Origin: a virus
Direction: 5' to 3' (one strand)
IMG/VR virus record: IMGVR_UViG_3300041586_000098
Location: 1 to 64,000 of that record
Length of the DNA stretch: 64,000 nt
The notes under the pieces were generated by a model. The model did no database searches. It saw only the letters and a list, made by a program, of their open reading frames with translations, and was not told the DNA's origin. Below, one piece after another: positions 9,739 to 20,298 of this stretch. The position numbers and the translations under genes were made by a program. Positions within the stretch are counted from its first letter, which is position 1; the number at the start of each line of letters is the position of its first letter.

Positions 9739-10680
9739 AACTATGAACGAATATACAATAACTTATGTGAATTATGTAAAACAACTGATGTTAAAGATCG
9801 ATTAAGTAATAGGAATGCCAATGATGAAAGGCTTAGTGCAGACTATATTTATACTGAAAAACATCATATAGTACCTAAGCATATTGGAGGTGATGACTTA
9901 GAATCTAATCTAGTTGTTATGTTACCTGAAGAACACTATATGGCACATTTATTAAGATTTAAAGCTTATAATAATAGAAAAGATTTTCTAGCAATTAGAT
10001 TCATGGTTAACGGATATGTTTATAAGAAAAAAGTATCTAGTGCATTAAGTTCCAAATTAAAGAATAAGTTGGTTGCATCATTCAAACAGAATATATCAAT
10101 GTTTAGAAAGCAAAATACATGGCATAGTATTAAAGGTGTAAACAACATATCAGAAGCAAGAAAGGGTACAATGCCTGTTGTAGATTCTGAAACGCTTAAA
10201 ATGATAGGTTCTGTTGATGTAAATCATCCAAATGTTTTATCTGGAAAATGGAGACACCATTCAACTGGTAAGATATCAGTAATATGTAAAACATCAGGTG
10301 TTAAGAAATACATAACAGTGAATGAATATAGGGATAATTATGACGAATATCATGCAAACATCGGCGACGCTAAAGGTGAAAAGAATTCAAGATTTAGTGG
10401 ATTTACTGACGAAGAGCTTGTTAATATTGTATCTGAATTTTCAGTTGAAATGAACTTAGGATTTTTATTACCATATAGAATGGTGTCGACTTACTATAGA
10501 AAAATTAAAAAGTATGAAAAATTACCAAAATCATTTAGCTCGTTTAGATTTAATGGATTAGGTAGTAAAGAATTACATAGATTAGCATCTGAAAAAACAG
10601 GATTAGTTCTTAATGTATATTACAATAATAGTCCAAAAATAAGAAAAGAAATTAAAAACAAAAATATAACAATATGTTAA
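9736..10680 (+). mobile_element. HNH homing endonuclease between the nrdA halves
   Basis: EKHHIVPKHIGG..NLVVM.PEEHYMAH.L. Confidence 0.85.
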
Positions 10681-11660
10681 AAATACAATATTTAGAAGAA
10701 GAAATACCAGTCTTCGATATTACAGTAGAAGATAACCACAACTTCTACGGGGACGATATATTAGTCCACAATTGCAGTGAAATTCAGCTTCCAACTGATT
10801 CTTTTAATTCGTTTGTATGTTGTTTAGGTTCTATTAATCTTTTACATTGGGATGATATTAAAAAAACAGATGCTATCGAAACATATGTATTGTTCTTAAA
10901 TGCAGTTATGGATGAATTTATTAAGAAGTCATTTAAAATGCCAGGTATGTCAAGGGCACATCGATTTGCCGAACAACATAGAGCATTAGGTCTAGGGGTT
11001 CTTGGCTATCATTCACTATTCCAGTCAAAATTAATAACATTTGACTCTTTACAATCAAAGGCATTAAACCATGATATATTTTCAACTTTAAAGGAAAGAA
11101 GTGATGCGGCATCCCGATGGTTACATGATGAAAAAGGTTATCGATCACTAAGAGATGGATATGCAAATACAACATTAGTTGCGATTGCACCAACAAAGAG
11201 TAGTTCATTTATTTTAGGTCAAGTTTCAATGGGAATAGAACCTATTAAATCTAATTATTTTATTAAAGATTTAGCAAAGTCAAAAACAATATACAAAAAT
11301 CCATTTCTTATTGATGAATTAACTAAGTATAACTTAAATACTCCTGAAGTATGGGAAGGAATTCTCAAAAGAGATGGAAGTGTTCAGCACTTAGATTTTC
11401 CAACAAAAGAAGTTTTTAAATCTTTTGTTGAAATTACACCAAAGGAAATAGTTTTACAAGCAGCTCAGAGACAAAAATTTATAGATCAGTCACAATCATT
11501 AAATTTAATGATTCATCCTAGCGTTCCAGCAAAGGACATTAATAAATTGTATTTATATGCGCATGAAGAGGGAATCAAAACACTTTACTACCAATTTAGT
11601 CAAGGTTCAGCTCAATCATTTGCTAGAGATATTTTAGACTGTGCGAGTTGTGAAGCGTAA
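10674..11660 (+). CDS. nrdA: Split intein IntC (33 aa) plus RNR alpha subunit C-part
   Basis: VFDITVEDNHNF..ILVHN|CSEI; CCLGSIN, APTKSSS, DQSQS, KTLYY and C-terminal CASCE. Confidence 0.92.
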   Translation: MLKIQYLEEEIPVFDITVEDNHNFYGDDILVHNCSEIQLPTDSFNSFVCCLGSINLLHWDDIKKTDAIETYVLFLNAVMDEFIKKSFKMPGMSRAHRFAEQHRALGLGVLGYHSLFQSKLITFDSLQSKALNHDIFSTLKERSDAASRWLHDEKGYRSLRDGYANTTLVAIAPTKSSSFILGQVSMGIEPIKSNYFIKDLAKSKTIYKNPFLIDELTKYNLNTPEVWEGILKRDGSVQHLDFPTKEVFKSFVEITPKEIVLQAAQRQKFIDQSQSLNLMIHPSVPAKDINKLYLYAHEEGIKTLYYQFSQGSAQSFARDILDCASCEA

Positions 11661-11716
11661 AGAAACGGCAGCTTGAAATATAGTTGCATTTTAGGACCGG
11701 GTTAGTTCACGGAAAG

Positions 11717-11749
11717 TAAAGCAGGGAATTCGCTACTCCCTGCTTTTTT
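11717..11749 (+). terminator. Intrinsic terminator
   Basis: aaagcaggga...tccctgcttt followed by a T-run. Confidence 0.75.
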
Positions 11750-11790
11750 ACATATATACATATGATATATAAAGAAAACAGAAAACAATT

Positions 11791-12147
11791 ATGAAATACA
11801 TTAAATTATTTGAACAATTCACATCAACTACTAAAATAAATGAGGCTGGCGATGTTTCTGTGGATAAAATCACTTCACCGGCTGAAAAAAAAGCATTAAA
11901 GTCTGCTTTTGAAGAAGTTGTAACAGGAATCGACAAACTAACATTTAAAAAGAACGGTACAATCGAAGGTCGTCGAGGGTATTTCTATCGACATGGAAGT
12001 TCGCCAGAATCTGTCGCAAAAATATTACAAAGTAGTCTGCGATCTAAAAATATTGAAATTGAAATTGTAAACTCATATGATGATTACAGGTCATGGCCTA
12101 AAGATAGTAATTTTGTAGTAGTATTTAAAATAATTTCAGTATCATAG
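11791..12147 (+). CDS. Putative internal head protein (MKYIKLFEQF tag)
   Basis: N-terminal tag, KINE| cleavage-like site, late promoter at 11764. Confidence 0.55.
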   Translation: MKYIKLFEQFTSTTKINEAGDVSVDKITSPAEKKALKSAFEEVVTGIDKLTFKKNGTIEGRRGYFYRHGSSPESVAKILQSSLRSKNIEIEIVNSYDDYRSWPKDSNFVVVFKIISVS

Positions 12148-12232
12148 TGAAACTAATTTAGTTGATAAAGATTTTACTAAAAATAATTCCTTTCCCTGTG
12201 ATAGTATCAAGGGACCGACTCGAAAGAGTTTT

Positions 12233-12259
12233 AACCTGCTAGAAATAGCAGGTTTTTTT
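12233..12259 (+). terminator. Intrinsic terminator
   Basis: aacctgcta gaaa tagcaggtt followed by a T-run. Confidence 0.75.
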
Positions 12260-12262
12260 ATG

Positions 12263-12291
12263 TGAAACAAAACGCTAATTATGTTTATAAT
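12263..12291 (+). promoter_or_regulatory. Putative middle promoter TGAAAC-N17-TATAAT
   Basis: Repeated motif. Confidence 0.7.
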
Positions 12292-12322
12292 ACTTAAATA
12301 ATATTATTTATAAATAGACAAC

Positions 12323-13087
12323 ATGAAAATTAGCATTGAAAAAGTAGATCAAAACAATTTTATTGGTTTTGTTAATAGGTTAAAGGTTATTGATACCTTT
12401 ATTTATTTTAAAATTAAAGACGGAGTAATTCAGGCTTCGGCTTATTTACCACAAAGAGATGCGGTAAAGCATCATAGGTTACCTATCGGTCAAGTCTTTC
12501 AATTAGAAGAAGATGCAATTGACAAGGTTAACAATAATAAGGAACTAAAAATTGCATTTTTTGATGCAAATAGATTAACTGATGCATTTAAGCAATTTGA
12601 ATTCGGCAACATACAGGCAGAAATAGAATTTGTTGAAAATGAAGAAGATTTTGTAGCAACTGAATTTCGTATTTTTAATAATGAATTAGAAATAACATTA
12701 TCATGTTCAGAACCATCCCTTGGATATAAAGATCTAACTGATTCACAGATTGCATCAATCTTTAACGTAGATGATGCTAAATATATATTCGACATGGATT
12801 ACACGGCAACATCAAAGGTTCGTTCACTGTTTGGATTAGACAAAGAAGAAACCTTTACAATTACCACAAGTAAGGCAGGTGTTAGAATGAAAGGTAAGAA
12901 TTATAATTATTTAGTAACAGAGGAATTTAAAGGATCTCCACAAAAGGATGTTACCCTATTTAAAAAATATTTAAATCTATTAGATAAAGAAGATTATACT
13001 GCAAATGTATTAGAAAACCGCGTTGTTTTAAGATCAAAGGATTCAGAAACTCTTTTAACAATTGCAACCTGCCAAACAGCTGAATAG
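12323..13087 (+). CDS. Probable sliding clamp (gp45-like)
   Basis: 254 aa, acidic, beta-rich pattern, adjacent to the PolB subunit; no diagnostic motif. Confidence 0.5.
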   Translation: MKISIEKVDQNNFIGFVNRLKVIDTFIYFKIKDGVIQASAYLPQRDAVKHHRLPIGQVFQLEEDAIDKVNNNKELKIAFFDANRLTDAFKQFEFGNIQAEIEFVENEEDFVATEFRIFNNELEITLSCSEPSLGYKDLTDSQIASIFNVDDAKYIFDMDYTATSKVRSLFGLDKEETFTITTSKAGVRMKGKNYNYLVTEEFKGSPQKDVTLFKKYLNLLDKEDYTANVLENRVVLRSKDSETLLTIATCQTAE

Positions 13088-13089
13088 AT

Positions 13090-14286
13090 ATGACAATAGA
13101 TGAATTAATACTAAAACCGGAAGAAGATCTGACACAGAGTGAGATCAAAATATTGGTTGAACATTATTCAATGATGTCAGCTAAATATACAGCATACGAA
13201 CAGGCAGTTAAGGTAATGCTTAACTCAATATATGGTGCATTTGGAAATAAATGGTTTCACTTTTTTAACATAGACATTGCTGAATCTATTACACTACAGG
13301 GTCAATCCGCCATTTTATACTCAGAAAAAATTCTTAATAAGTATTTTCATGAATTTTGGCTTAAAGATAAGCAAGTGCATTCTCATTTTAATATTTCTAT
13401 TAAGAATAAACTAGTAAGACCATCTGTTGTTTATATTGACACCGATTCGGCTTATGTTCAATTCGAAGAAATGTATGAATCTATTGAGTGGAATGATGAT
13501 TATATGTCAATAGATAAGTTTATTATGGAATTATATAACTTTAGACTTAAGGATTACATTTTTAAGTGTATGGAAAAGTATTCAGAAGCAACAAATACCG
13601 AAAATTTTCTTGTATTTGAATTAGAAACAATAGCATATTCAGGAATATGGTTAGCTAAGAAAAAATATCTTCAAAATATAGCATGGGAAGACAGGCTTGA
13701 CATTAATGATAGATATCCTTCACTTAAAAAAATAAAAACAATAGGATTCGATACTATTCAAAGTTCAACACCTGCAATTGCAAGGAAGCATTTAACTGAA
13801 GCTCTTAAATTGATTCTTTCAGAAAAGCCAACTGCATCTTTACTAAAAAGATTAGTAGATTATTTAAAACAATGTAAAAAAGAATTTCAGCTTGCAGATA
13901 TAGATGAAATTTGCTTCAACAAAAGAACAAATAACATCGATAAGTATATTCTAGATGATACGACTGAATTCCAGTATGGCTTAAAATGCCCATCTAATGT
14001 CAAGGCGGCAGGTTTTTATAATTTTCTAATGAATAACAATCCAAAATATAAAAATAAATATAAGATGATTGGCAATGGAGAAAAGCTTAGACTATACCAT
14101 TGTAAACACTCTATTTGTGAAATATTTGCATATCAACCAAGTGCACATCCGTATGAAATTGCACCACCAGTGGATTATGAACTACAGTTTGAAAAAAGTG
14201 TAATTGATCCATTAAACAGAGTTCTTTCAGCGGTAGGATTACATACACTAAACAGAAATTTAATTTATTCAACATCATTATTTTAA
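13090..14286 (+). CDS. 43B: Family B DNA polymerase, C-terminal subunit
   Basis: KVMLNSIYG (motif B), YIDTDS (motif C), AKKKY, C-terminal SLF clamp-binding-like tail. Confidence 0.9.
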   Translation: MTIDELILKPEEDLTQSEIKILVEHYSMMSAKYTAYEQAVKVMLNSIYGAFGNKWFHFFNIDIAESITLQGQSAILYSEKILNKYFHEFWLKDKQVHSHFNISIKNKLVRPSVVYIDTDSAYVQFEEMYESIEWNDDYMSIDKFIMELYNFRLKDYIFKCMEKYSEATNTENFLVFELETIAYSGIWLAKKKYLQNIAWEDRLDINDRYPSLKKIKTIGFDTIQSSTPAIARKHLTEALKLILSEKPTASLLKRLVDYLKQCKKEFQLADIDEICFNKRTNNIDKYILDDTTEFQYGLKCPSNVKAAGFYNFLMNNNPKYKNKYKMIGNGEKLRLYHCKHSICEIFAYQPSAHPYEIAPPVDYELQFEKSVIDPLNRVLSAVGLHTLNRNLIYSTSLF

Positions 14287-14288
14287 AC

Positions 14289-14453
14289 ATGGAAATAGAC
14301 AGCAAAAATTTAACAGAAGAACAATACGAGATAGTAAAAAAATATCAAAGTATTACTAAAAAACTTGAAAGTCTTCAAACTAAAATGCAGGCGATACAAG
14401 ATGAGGCACAATCACTCATGACAGAGCTTGAAGAATTAAGAATAAAATATTAG
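14289..14453 (+). CDS. Small coiled-coil protein (54 aa)
   Basis: ATG 2 nt after the polB stop; MEIDSKNLTEEQYEIVKKYQ... Confidence 0.45.
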   Translation: MEIDSKNLTEEQYEIVKKYQSITKKLESLQTKMQAIQDEAQSLMTELEELRIKY

Positions 14454-14469
14454 AAAATAAAGAAAATAT

Positions 14470-15426
14470 ATGGCAAAAAATAAATTTACATTCGATGACT
14501 TAAACGCAGAATTAGCAGGATTAAACCCCTTAGGTTCTGTTATGGACCAATCAAATTTTTCTGAAGTAACAGAATGGATTCACACTGGAAATTATCATTT
14601 AAACGCATGTCTTTCTGGTTCGGTATGGGGAGGATGGCCTAATAACCGTTCTTGTTCAATAGCAGGACCATCTGGTACTGGAAAAACCTTTCTTACATTA
14701 AATTCAGTTCGAGAAGCAATTAACATGGGATATTATGTTATTTATTATGATTCAGAAGCTGCAGTAGATAAAGACCAAATGAAAAAGTTTGGTATTGATA
14801 TTAGTAAAGTAAATTATCAGCCTGTAAATACTGTACAGGCGTTTAGGACTTCAATCACTACTATTACTCAAAAAATGCAAGAGGTAAAAAGAAAAGGTGG
14901 AGAAGTACAAAAAATCATGATTATTCTTGATTCAGCAGGTAACCTTGCGACTGCAAAGGAAATTGATGATGCAACTAGTGGAAGTGAAAAGGCAGATATG
15001 ACTAGATCTAAGATTTTAAAATCTATTTTTAGAATCATAATGACTCCGCTTGCTGATTTAAAAATTCCATTTTTGTTTACTAATCATACTTATCAAACAC
15101 AAGACTTTATTTCAAGACAAGTTGCAGGTGGAGGTTGTTTAGTTCCAGGATCTAAAGTGAGAATGTTCGATAACACGCTAAAGAACATAGAAGATATAGT
15201 AGAAGGTGATTCAGTTCTTACATTAAATGGAGGTATGGAAATAGAAAACACATGGACGTTTGAAAAGAAAACATACCGAATAGAATTTGAAGATAATACG
15301 ATCATAGAATGTTCTGAAGATCATAGATTTTTTACAGGTAATGTTGAAGACGATCCATTAGATGACAATAATTGGATATTAGCAAGAGATTTAGTAAAAA
15401 ACAATGAAGTGTCTAGATATATATAA
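14470..15426 (+). CDS. uvsX: RecA-like recombinase N-part plus split intein IntN (96 aa, from 15136)
   Basis: GPSGTGKT, YYDSE, ILDS, FTNHTY; AGGG|CLVPG junction; block B CSEDH. Confidence 0.92.
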   Translation: MAKNKFTFDDLNAELAGLNPLGSVMDQSNFSEVTEWIHTGNYHLNACLSGSVWGGWPNNRSCSIAGPSGTGKTFLTLNSVREAINMGYYVIYYDSEAAVDKDQMKKFGIDISKVNYQPVNTVQAFRTSITTITQKMQEVKRKGGEVQKIMIILDSAGNLATAKEIDDATSGSEKADMTRSKILKSIFRIIMTPLADLKIPFLFTNHTYQTQDFISRQVAGGGCLVPGSKVRMFDNTLKNIEDIVEGDSVLTLNGGMEIENTWTFEKKTYRIEFEDNTIIECSEDHRFFTGNVEDDPLDDNNWILARDLVKNNEVSRYI

Positions 15427-15480
15427 CAGGCGGTGGTTAACAGCCACCTATTATCTAACAAAAAATTGAAACTACTAAAA

Positions 15481-16473
15481 ATGCCAGTACTTAAGAAATA
15501 TATTAATCCAACATATGATGAATTTAAGAAACTTTTAAATACTCATTATAATGACATGAATATCAATAACGAAGAACATTTTTTAGAGATGTTTAGTTTC
15601 GTTTATTCTAATGAAATAAAAGGAGTATGTGGATTTAAATTAGAATGTCAAAAATTTTTTAAACAGAAAAGGAATGGTAAAGCAGTTTCTAAATTAAGCA
15701 CATCATATTGGAATTCCAGGGGATATGATAATGAATACGCTACCTTAAAAATAAGTGAATTACAAAGAAAAAACAGTAATGTATGTAATTCACATTGGAC
15801 AGATAAAGGGTATAATCAGATTGAAGCAACTTTAATGGTAGCTAATGAACAATCTAGAAGATCCAACTTGCGATATACTAAATATGATAAACATGAAATT
15901 AGTAGACAGTCAGTATGGTCTATCGAATATTGGAAAAACATAGGTTTTTCTGAAGAAGAAGCAAAATACGAGGCACATAAAAGGAATTATGGTTGCAGAG
16001 AATTCTGGTCTAGTGAAAGTGAATACGATACTATTAAAGCAATAATATCTAAAAAACAAAGTAACTTTATAAAAAATAATCCAGAAAAATTTGCATCTTT
16101 TTTCGGAAGCGTGTCTAAGGAGGAAGTTGTATTTTTCAATAATATCGTAAAATCTATTGATAATATAAAACATACTGAATTTATAGTTAACATACAGAAA
16201 TCTGAAGAGTTGAATCAAGGTATAATAAAATATGATGGCTATTTTAAAGACGAGGATTCATTAATTCTTATAGAATATGATGGGTTATATTGGCACAATC
16301 AAATATACGATGAAATAAAGGACAGAATATGTCTAGAATTTAGAAATGATATTACTGGAATTATTAGAGTAAGTGACAATTCATACAAGAATAATACAAA
16401 AACAATAAAATTAATAAAAGATGCAATTAAACAAATTAAAAATAAAGAGTGTAACCGAGTTAAAATCTACTAA
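15481..16473 (+). mobile_element. Vsr-like (EDxHD-type) endonuclease between the uvsX halves; alternative GTG start at 15433
   Basis: YW...GY/GF repeats; YDG...IEYDGLYWH. Confidence 0.75.
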
Positions 16474-16993
16474 AGTACATGATTTAACAGTAAGAGATGT
16501 TCAACATTATATTACTGAAAATGGAGTAATACATCACAATACAGGTCCGGAGTATGCTGCTTCTATTGTTCTTATGTTAACTAAAGCACAATTAAAGGAT
16601 GGTACCGAAAAAGTTGGTATTATTGTAACGGCAAAACCTGATAAAAATAGATTTGCTAAGCCACATCCTATTAAGTTTCATTTAGATTTTACCAAAGGTA
16701 TGAATCCGTATGTTGGCCTAGAGCAATACGCAACATGGGATATCTGTGGAATCACAAGAGGTTCTATAGAAAAAGGAGTTAAAACACCAAAGGCAACAGC
16801 ACGCGGATGGATCTGCCAGCACCTAGATGAAGTAGTTACAAACTCTGAATTTTTTAGTGAAAAGGTATTTACAAAGGAGATATTAGAAAAAATAAATATT
16901 CATATTAAGCCCCTTTTTAACTATAATACCGAAAGCGATAATATAGATAACGAAATCGGAGCTTTACTTGATGAAAATTTAACAAACGAATAA
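16421..16993 (+). CDS. uvsX: Split intein IntC (40 aa) plus UvsX C-part
   Basis: VHDLTV..QHYITENGVIHHN|TGPEYAAS; KNRF; GMNPYVGL. Confidence 0.9.
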   Translation: MQLNKLKIKSVTELKSTKVHDLTVRDVQHYITENGVIHHNTGPEYAASIVLMLTKAQLKDGTEKVGIIVTAKPDKNRFAKPHPIKFHLDFTKGMNPYVGLEQYATWDICGITRGSIEKGVKTPKATARGWICQHLDEVVTNSEFFSEKVFTKEILEKINIHIKPLFNYNTESDNIDNEIGALLDENLTNE

Positions 16994-16994
16994 A

Positions 16995-17306
16995 ATGGAA
17001 GTTAGTCTTATGTCATATAATGAAGATAAACTACCTATAAAATATATACTAGGCATACAAGGGGAACTTGAAAACTTCCCTGATGCCTTTGATATAATTT
17101 ACATTTATTTATCTGAAACAATAAACCGTCCAAGTAGACCGATGCATAATTTTACAAAACCATCATTGATTAAATATCATGCTAAAGGAAATATATTTAA
17201 TGTCGAAAAGGGACTGACTCAAGCAATATCTCTTGGACTAATAGAGCAAACTAAATTTGAAGAAGGAAAGGAATCGTATACAATAATAATAAATCCATTT
17301 CAATAA
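16995..17306 (+). CDS. Hypothetical protein
   Basis: Operonic 103-aa ORF. Confidence 0.6.
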   Translation: MEVSLMSYNEDKLPIKYILGIQGELENFPDAFDIIYIYLSETINRPSRPMHNFTKPSLIKYHAKGNIFNVEKGLTQAISLGLIEQTKFEEGKESYTIIINPFQ

Positions 17307-17341
17307 GATACATTGTTCAACATTTACATCTGTTCAACCAC

Positions 17342-17383
17342 AATGAACATTCAAATATAATGAACATTCAGATATAATGAAAC
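17342..17383 (+). repeat. 17-bp tandem repeat aatgaacattcaRatat x2, running into the promoter -35 TGAAAC
   Basis: Read directly. Confidence 0.7.
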
Positions 17384-17406
17384 TTAGTCCTATAATACAT
17401 TATAAT
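17378..17406 (+). promoter_or_regulatory. Putative middle promoter TGAAAC-N17-TATAAT
   Basis: Repeated motif. Confidence 0.7.
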
Positions 17407-17422
17407 TAAAAACAAATAACAA

Positions 17423-18736
17423 ATGAAATTCGGACAAGATTTTGAAAAAATATTCTTTCAGTTAGCTTTAGCAAAACCAAAATACCTAGAAAAAATACAT
17501 AAAGGGTTCTATACATCAGATGAAATAGACACCATGCATTTTTTAGCAACTAAATTCTACGAAAAATTCCATGAATCACCAAAGGCAGAACAAATGAAAA
17601 TTTTAGTTCAAAGTCCTAAATTCAAAGGTAAGGTAGAAGAATCAATAATTGAATTAGTATATAAGACAGATCTAACTCAATATGATGAAGAGTGGTTAGT
17701 ATCAACGGCTGAAGCATGGATTAAATGGAGAACATTCGATACAACTTTAATCGATACCATTGAATATATTAAGACAACTGAAGTTACTCCTGAAAATGCA
17801 GATCAAATTATATCTAAAGTAAAAAGCTTAATTAATGACAGGAACTCTATTGTATTTAATTCAGATATTGGATTAGATTTCTTTAATGTTGACGATCACT
17901 ATCAAGAAGGAAGAGTAAAGGTTTCAACTGGATATAATTTCTTAGATAGACTGCTTACTGGTGGATATGATAAAGATGGATCTTTAGTAGTTTATGTCGG
18001 TGAGCAAAATATTGGAAAATCGATTTATCTAGCAAATGACGCTGCAAACTTTGTTAAAATGGGAGTTAACACTGCATTTGTTTCAGCAGAGATGGCAGCA
18101 CATAAGGTTCTTAAAAGAATAGGAGCAAACTTGTTAACCATTCCAATGAGTGAATATGATATTAAAGCACAAAATAAAGATTTAATCAAAAGAAAGTTAG
18201 AAAACGTAGGAAATGGATTAACACCACCAGGTCAATTATTTGTTAAACAATTTCCAACATCACAAGCAACTGTACCTGATATTGAAGCATACTTAAAGCA
18301 AATTGAAGAAGAAAGAAAAATAAAATTAAGCTGTGTAGTCATTGACTATATTAATATTTTAGCGAATTATAGAAATCCAAATTCTGAAAATATGTACTTA
18401 AAAATTAAGCAAATTGCAGAAGATTTAAGAGCTATGGGAGTTAGAAACGGCTGGCTAATAGTAACTGCAACCCAGATCAACAGAAACAATTATAATTCTA
18501 GTGATATTGGAATGGGTGATGTTGCAGAATCCGCAGGACTTTCTCATACAGCAGATTTAATGCTTGGAATTATTCAAGACGATATGATGCGTGCAAGTAG
18601 CGAATATTGGCTTAAGGTTTTAAAGATTAGAGATGGTGAAGGTAAAGGAGTAAAATGTAGATTAAATATAAACTATCAATATATGCGTCTTACTGAAACC
18701 GAAGATGTTACAAATTCAAATATACATAATTTATAA
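17423..18736 (+). CDS. 41: DnaB-like replicative helicase
   Basis: GEQNIGKS, SAEM, IDYINI, TATQINR, AESAGL. Confidence 0.92.
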   Translation: MKFGQDFEKIFFQLALAKPKYLEKIHKGFYTSDEIDTMHFLATKFYEKFHESPKAEQMKILVQSPKFKGKVEESIIELVYKTDLTQYDEEWLVSTAEAWIKWRTFDTTLIDTIEYIKTTEVTPENADQIISKVKSLINDRNSIVFNSDIGLDFFNVDDHYQEGRVKVSTGYNFLDRLLTGGYDKDGSLVVYVGEQNIGKSIYLANDAANFVKMGVNTAFVSAEMAAHKVLKRIGANLLTIPMSEYDIKAQNKDLIKRKLENVGNGLTPPGQLFVKQFPTSQATVPDIEAYLKQIEEERKIKLSCVVIDYINILANYRNPNSENMYLKIKQIAEDLRAMGVRNGWLIVTATQINRNNYNSSDIGMGDVAESAGLSHTADLMLGIIQDDMMRASSEYWLKVLKIRDGEGKGVKCRLNINYQYMRLTETEDVTNSNIHNL

Positions 18737-18738
18737 AT

Positions 18739-19179
18739 ATGAAAGAGAGAGATAAAATATTCGATAATACATTTGAAGAAAGCAGTTTTGAAATAGATCC
18801 TACATTTTCATTTAATATAGCCCCTAGTCATACCGATAATCGAGACGAGGAAGACAAAATAGAAAATAAAATAATTATTGCTAAAATTCACGAACTAATA
18901 GAATCTTCTAGGTTTAAGCATTTTAATAATATTAATGAATTTAATCAAACGATTAAATTAAAAAAAATAGAAATAAATGAAATTTATGAGTATATTTCAG
19001 ATGAGCTTAGACCTAATCATTCAATAATTGAAATATATTCAGAAACATGTGATTATTTTAATGTAAATCCAACAAAATTCTATCAGTCACTTGGCAATAA
19101 ATTTAAAGAAGAATTAATAGAGGTACTAGATAGAAAAACAAATGTACTAAAGAAAAAGAATATAAATAGATTATTCTAA
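18739..19179 (+). CDS. Hypothetical protein, possibly a gp33-like late coactivator
   Basis: Helical C-terminal half loosely resembles gp33; weak evidence. Confidence 0.35.
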   Translation: MKERDKIFDNTFEESSFEIDPTFSFNIAPSHTDNRDEEDKIENKIIIAKIHELIESSRFKHFNNINEFNQTIKLKKIEINEIYEYISDELRPNHSIIEIYSETCDYFNVNPTKFYQSLGNKFKEELIEVLDRKTNVLKKKNINRLF

Positions 19180-19182
19180 ACA

Positions 19183-20295
19183 ATGATAGAGCAAGCAATA
19201 TTAGACAAACCTGTAAAAAGAATTTGGATTTTAGGAGATATGCATTTAGGTGTTCGTTCAAGCTCATTAGAATGGCTAGAAATGCAAAGGGACTTTTATG
19301 ATAATCAATTCATTCCTACTCTTCTAGAAAATTTTAAAGATGGAGATATTCTAGTTCAAGTAGGTGATATATTCGACAACAGACAAAGTGTAAATATTAA
19401 AGTTTTACATTATGTAATAGACCTATTTGAAAGATTAGGTAAAATAATGCCAACATATGCTATTGCAGGTAATCATGATATATGGGCAAAGAAAAGCAAT
19501 GAAGTAAGTTCTATTGATATCTTAAAGTGGATTCCTAACGTTTCTATTTATAAAGAACCAAAAACATTTAATTGGGGTGGTAGAGAAGTTCTTTTAATGC
19601 CATGGAGAAGAGACACTCAACATGAAGTGGAAACTCTTAAGGAATATCCAACCGCTGAAATACTATTTTGTCATTCTGAGGTTAGAGGTATTAAACTAAA
19701 CAGAAAGGTAGATAATCAACATGGAGTTGACTCTGAATCATATGATAGATTTACTGCAGTTTTTTCAGGACACATCCATTATAGACAAAGAAGAGGCAAA
19801 CTTAGAATGGTTGGCACTCCATACGAACTAACTAGATCGGATATGGATAATACTAAAGGCTTTGATTTGGTTAATTTAGAGGACATGCAAGAAACGTTTT
19901 TTGAAAATACTATATCACCAAAGTTTGTTAAATTTTATTTAACACAAGTGTATAATATGCCTCTAGGAACCTTTAAAGATGCCATCAGAAACAACTATGT
20001 AGATCTATATGTTCCTTCTAATGTTGCAACAACATCTGCACTTTCAAGACTTATTAATAAAGTACAAAAAATTAGCAGAAAAATAGATCCAAACATATAT
20101 GAACAAGATACTTTTATTGATGAAGATCTTTTAGATATGGAGCAAATCGAAGATCTTTATAAAAATTATAATATTCTTCATTTATGTAATATGTATGTTG
20201 ATAATTTACAACATAATGATGCAGTCAAATTACAAATAAAGGATAGATTAAAGAAACTTCATGACTTTCATGCATATAATAATCAAACAGATTAA
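19183..20295 (+). CDS. 47: Mre11/SbcD-like recombination nuclease
   Basis: GDMHLG, GDIFDNR, GNHD, SGHIH. Confidence 0.92.
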   Translation: MIEQAILDKPVKRIWILGDMHLGVRSSSLEWLEMQRDFYDNQFIPTLLENFKDGDILVQVGDIFDNRQSVNIKVLHYVIDLFERLGKIMPTYAIAGNHDIWAKKSNEVSSIDILKWIPNVSIYKEPKTFNWGGREVLLMPWRRDTQHEVETLKEYPTAEILFCHSEVRGIKLNRKVDNQHGVDSESYDRFTAVFSGHIHYRQRRGKLRMVGTPYELTRSDMDNTKGFDLVNLEDMQETFFENTISPKFVKFYLTQVYNMPLGTFKDAIRNNYVDLYVPSNVATTSALSRLINKVQKISRKIDPNIYEQDTFIDEDLLDMEQIEDLYKNYNILHLCNMYVDNLQHNDAVKLQIKDRLKKLHDFHAYNNQTD

Positions 20296-20298
20296 ATT

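Noticed and set aside
9667-10673. Group I introns as the explanation for the interrupted nrdA, uvsX, gp46 and gp17
   Set aside because: Spacers around the endonuclease ORFs are under 100 nt, too short for a ribozyme core, and the flanks carry clear intein motifs (Cys1, block B His, HN+C/S/T).
13090-13200. Split intein joining the two polymerase halves
   Set aside because: No IntN at the end of the first half and no HN-C/S/T junction at the start of the second.
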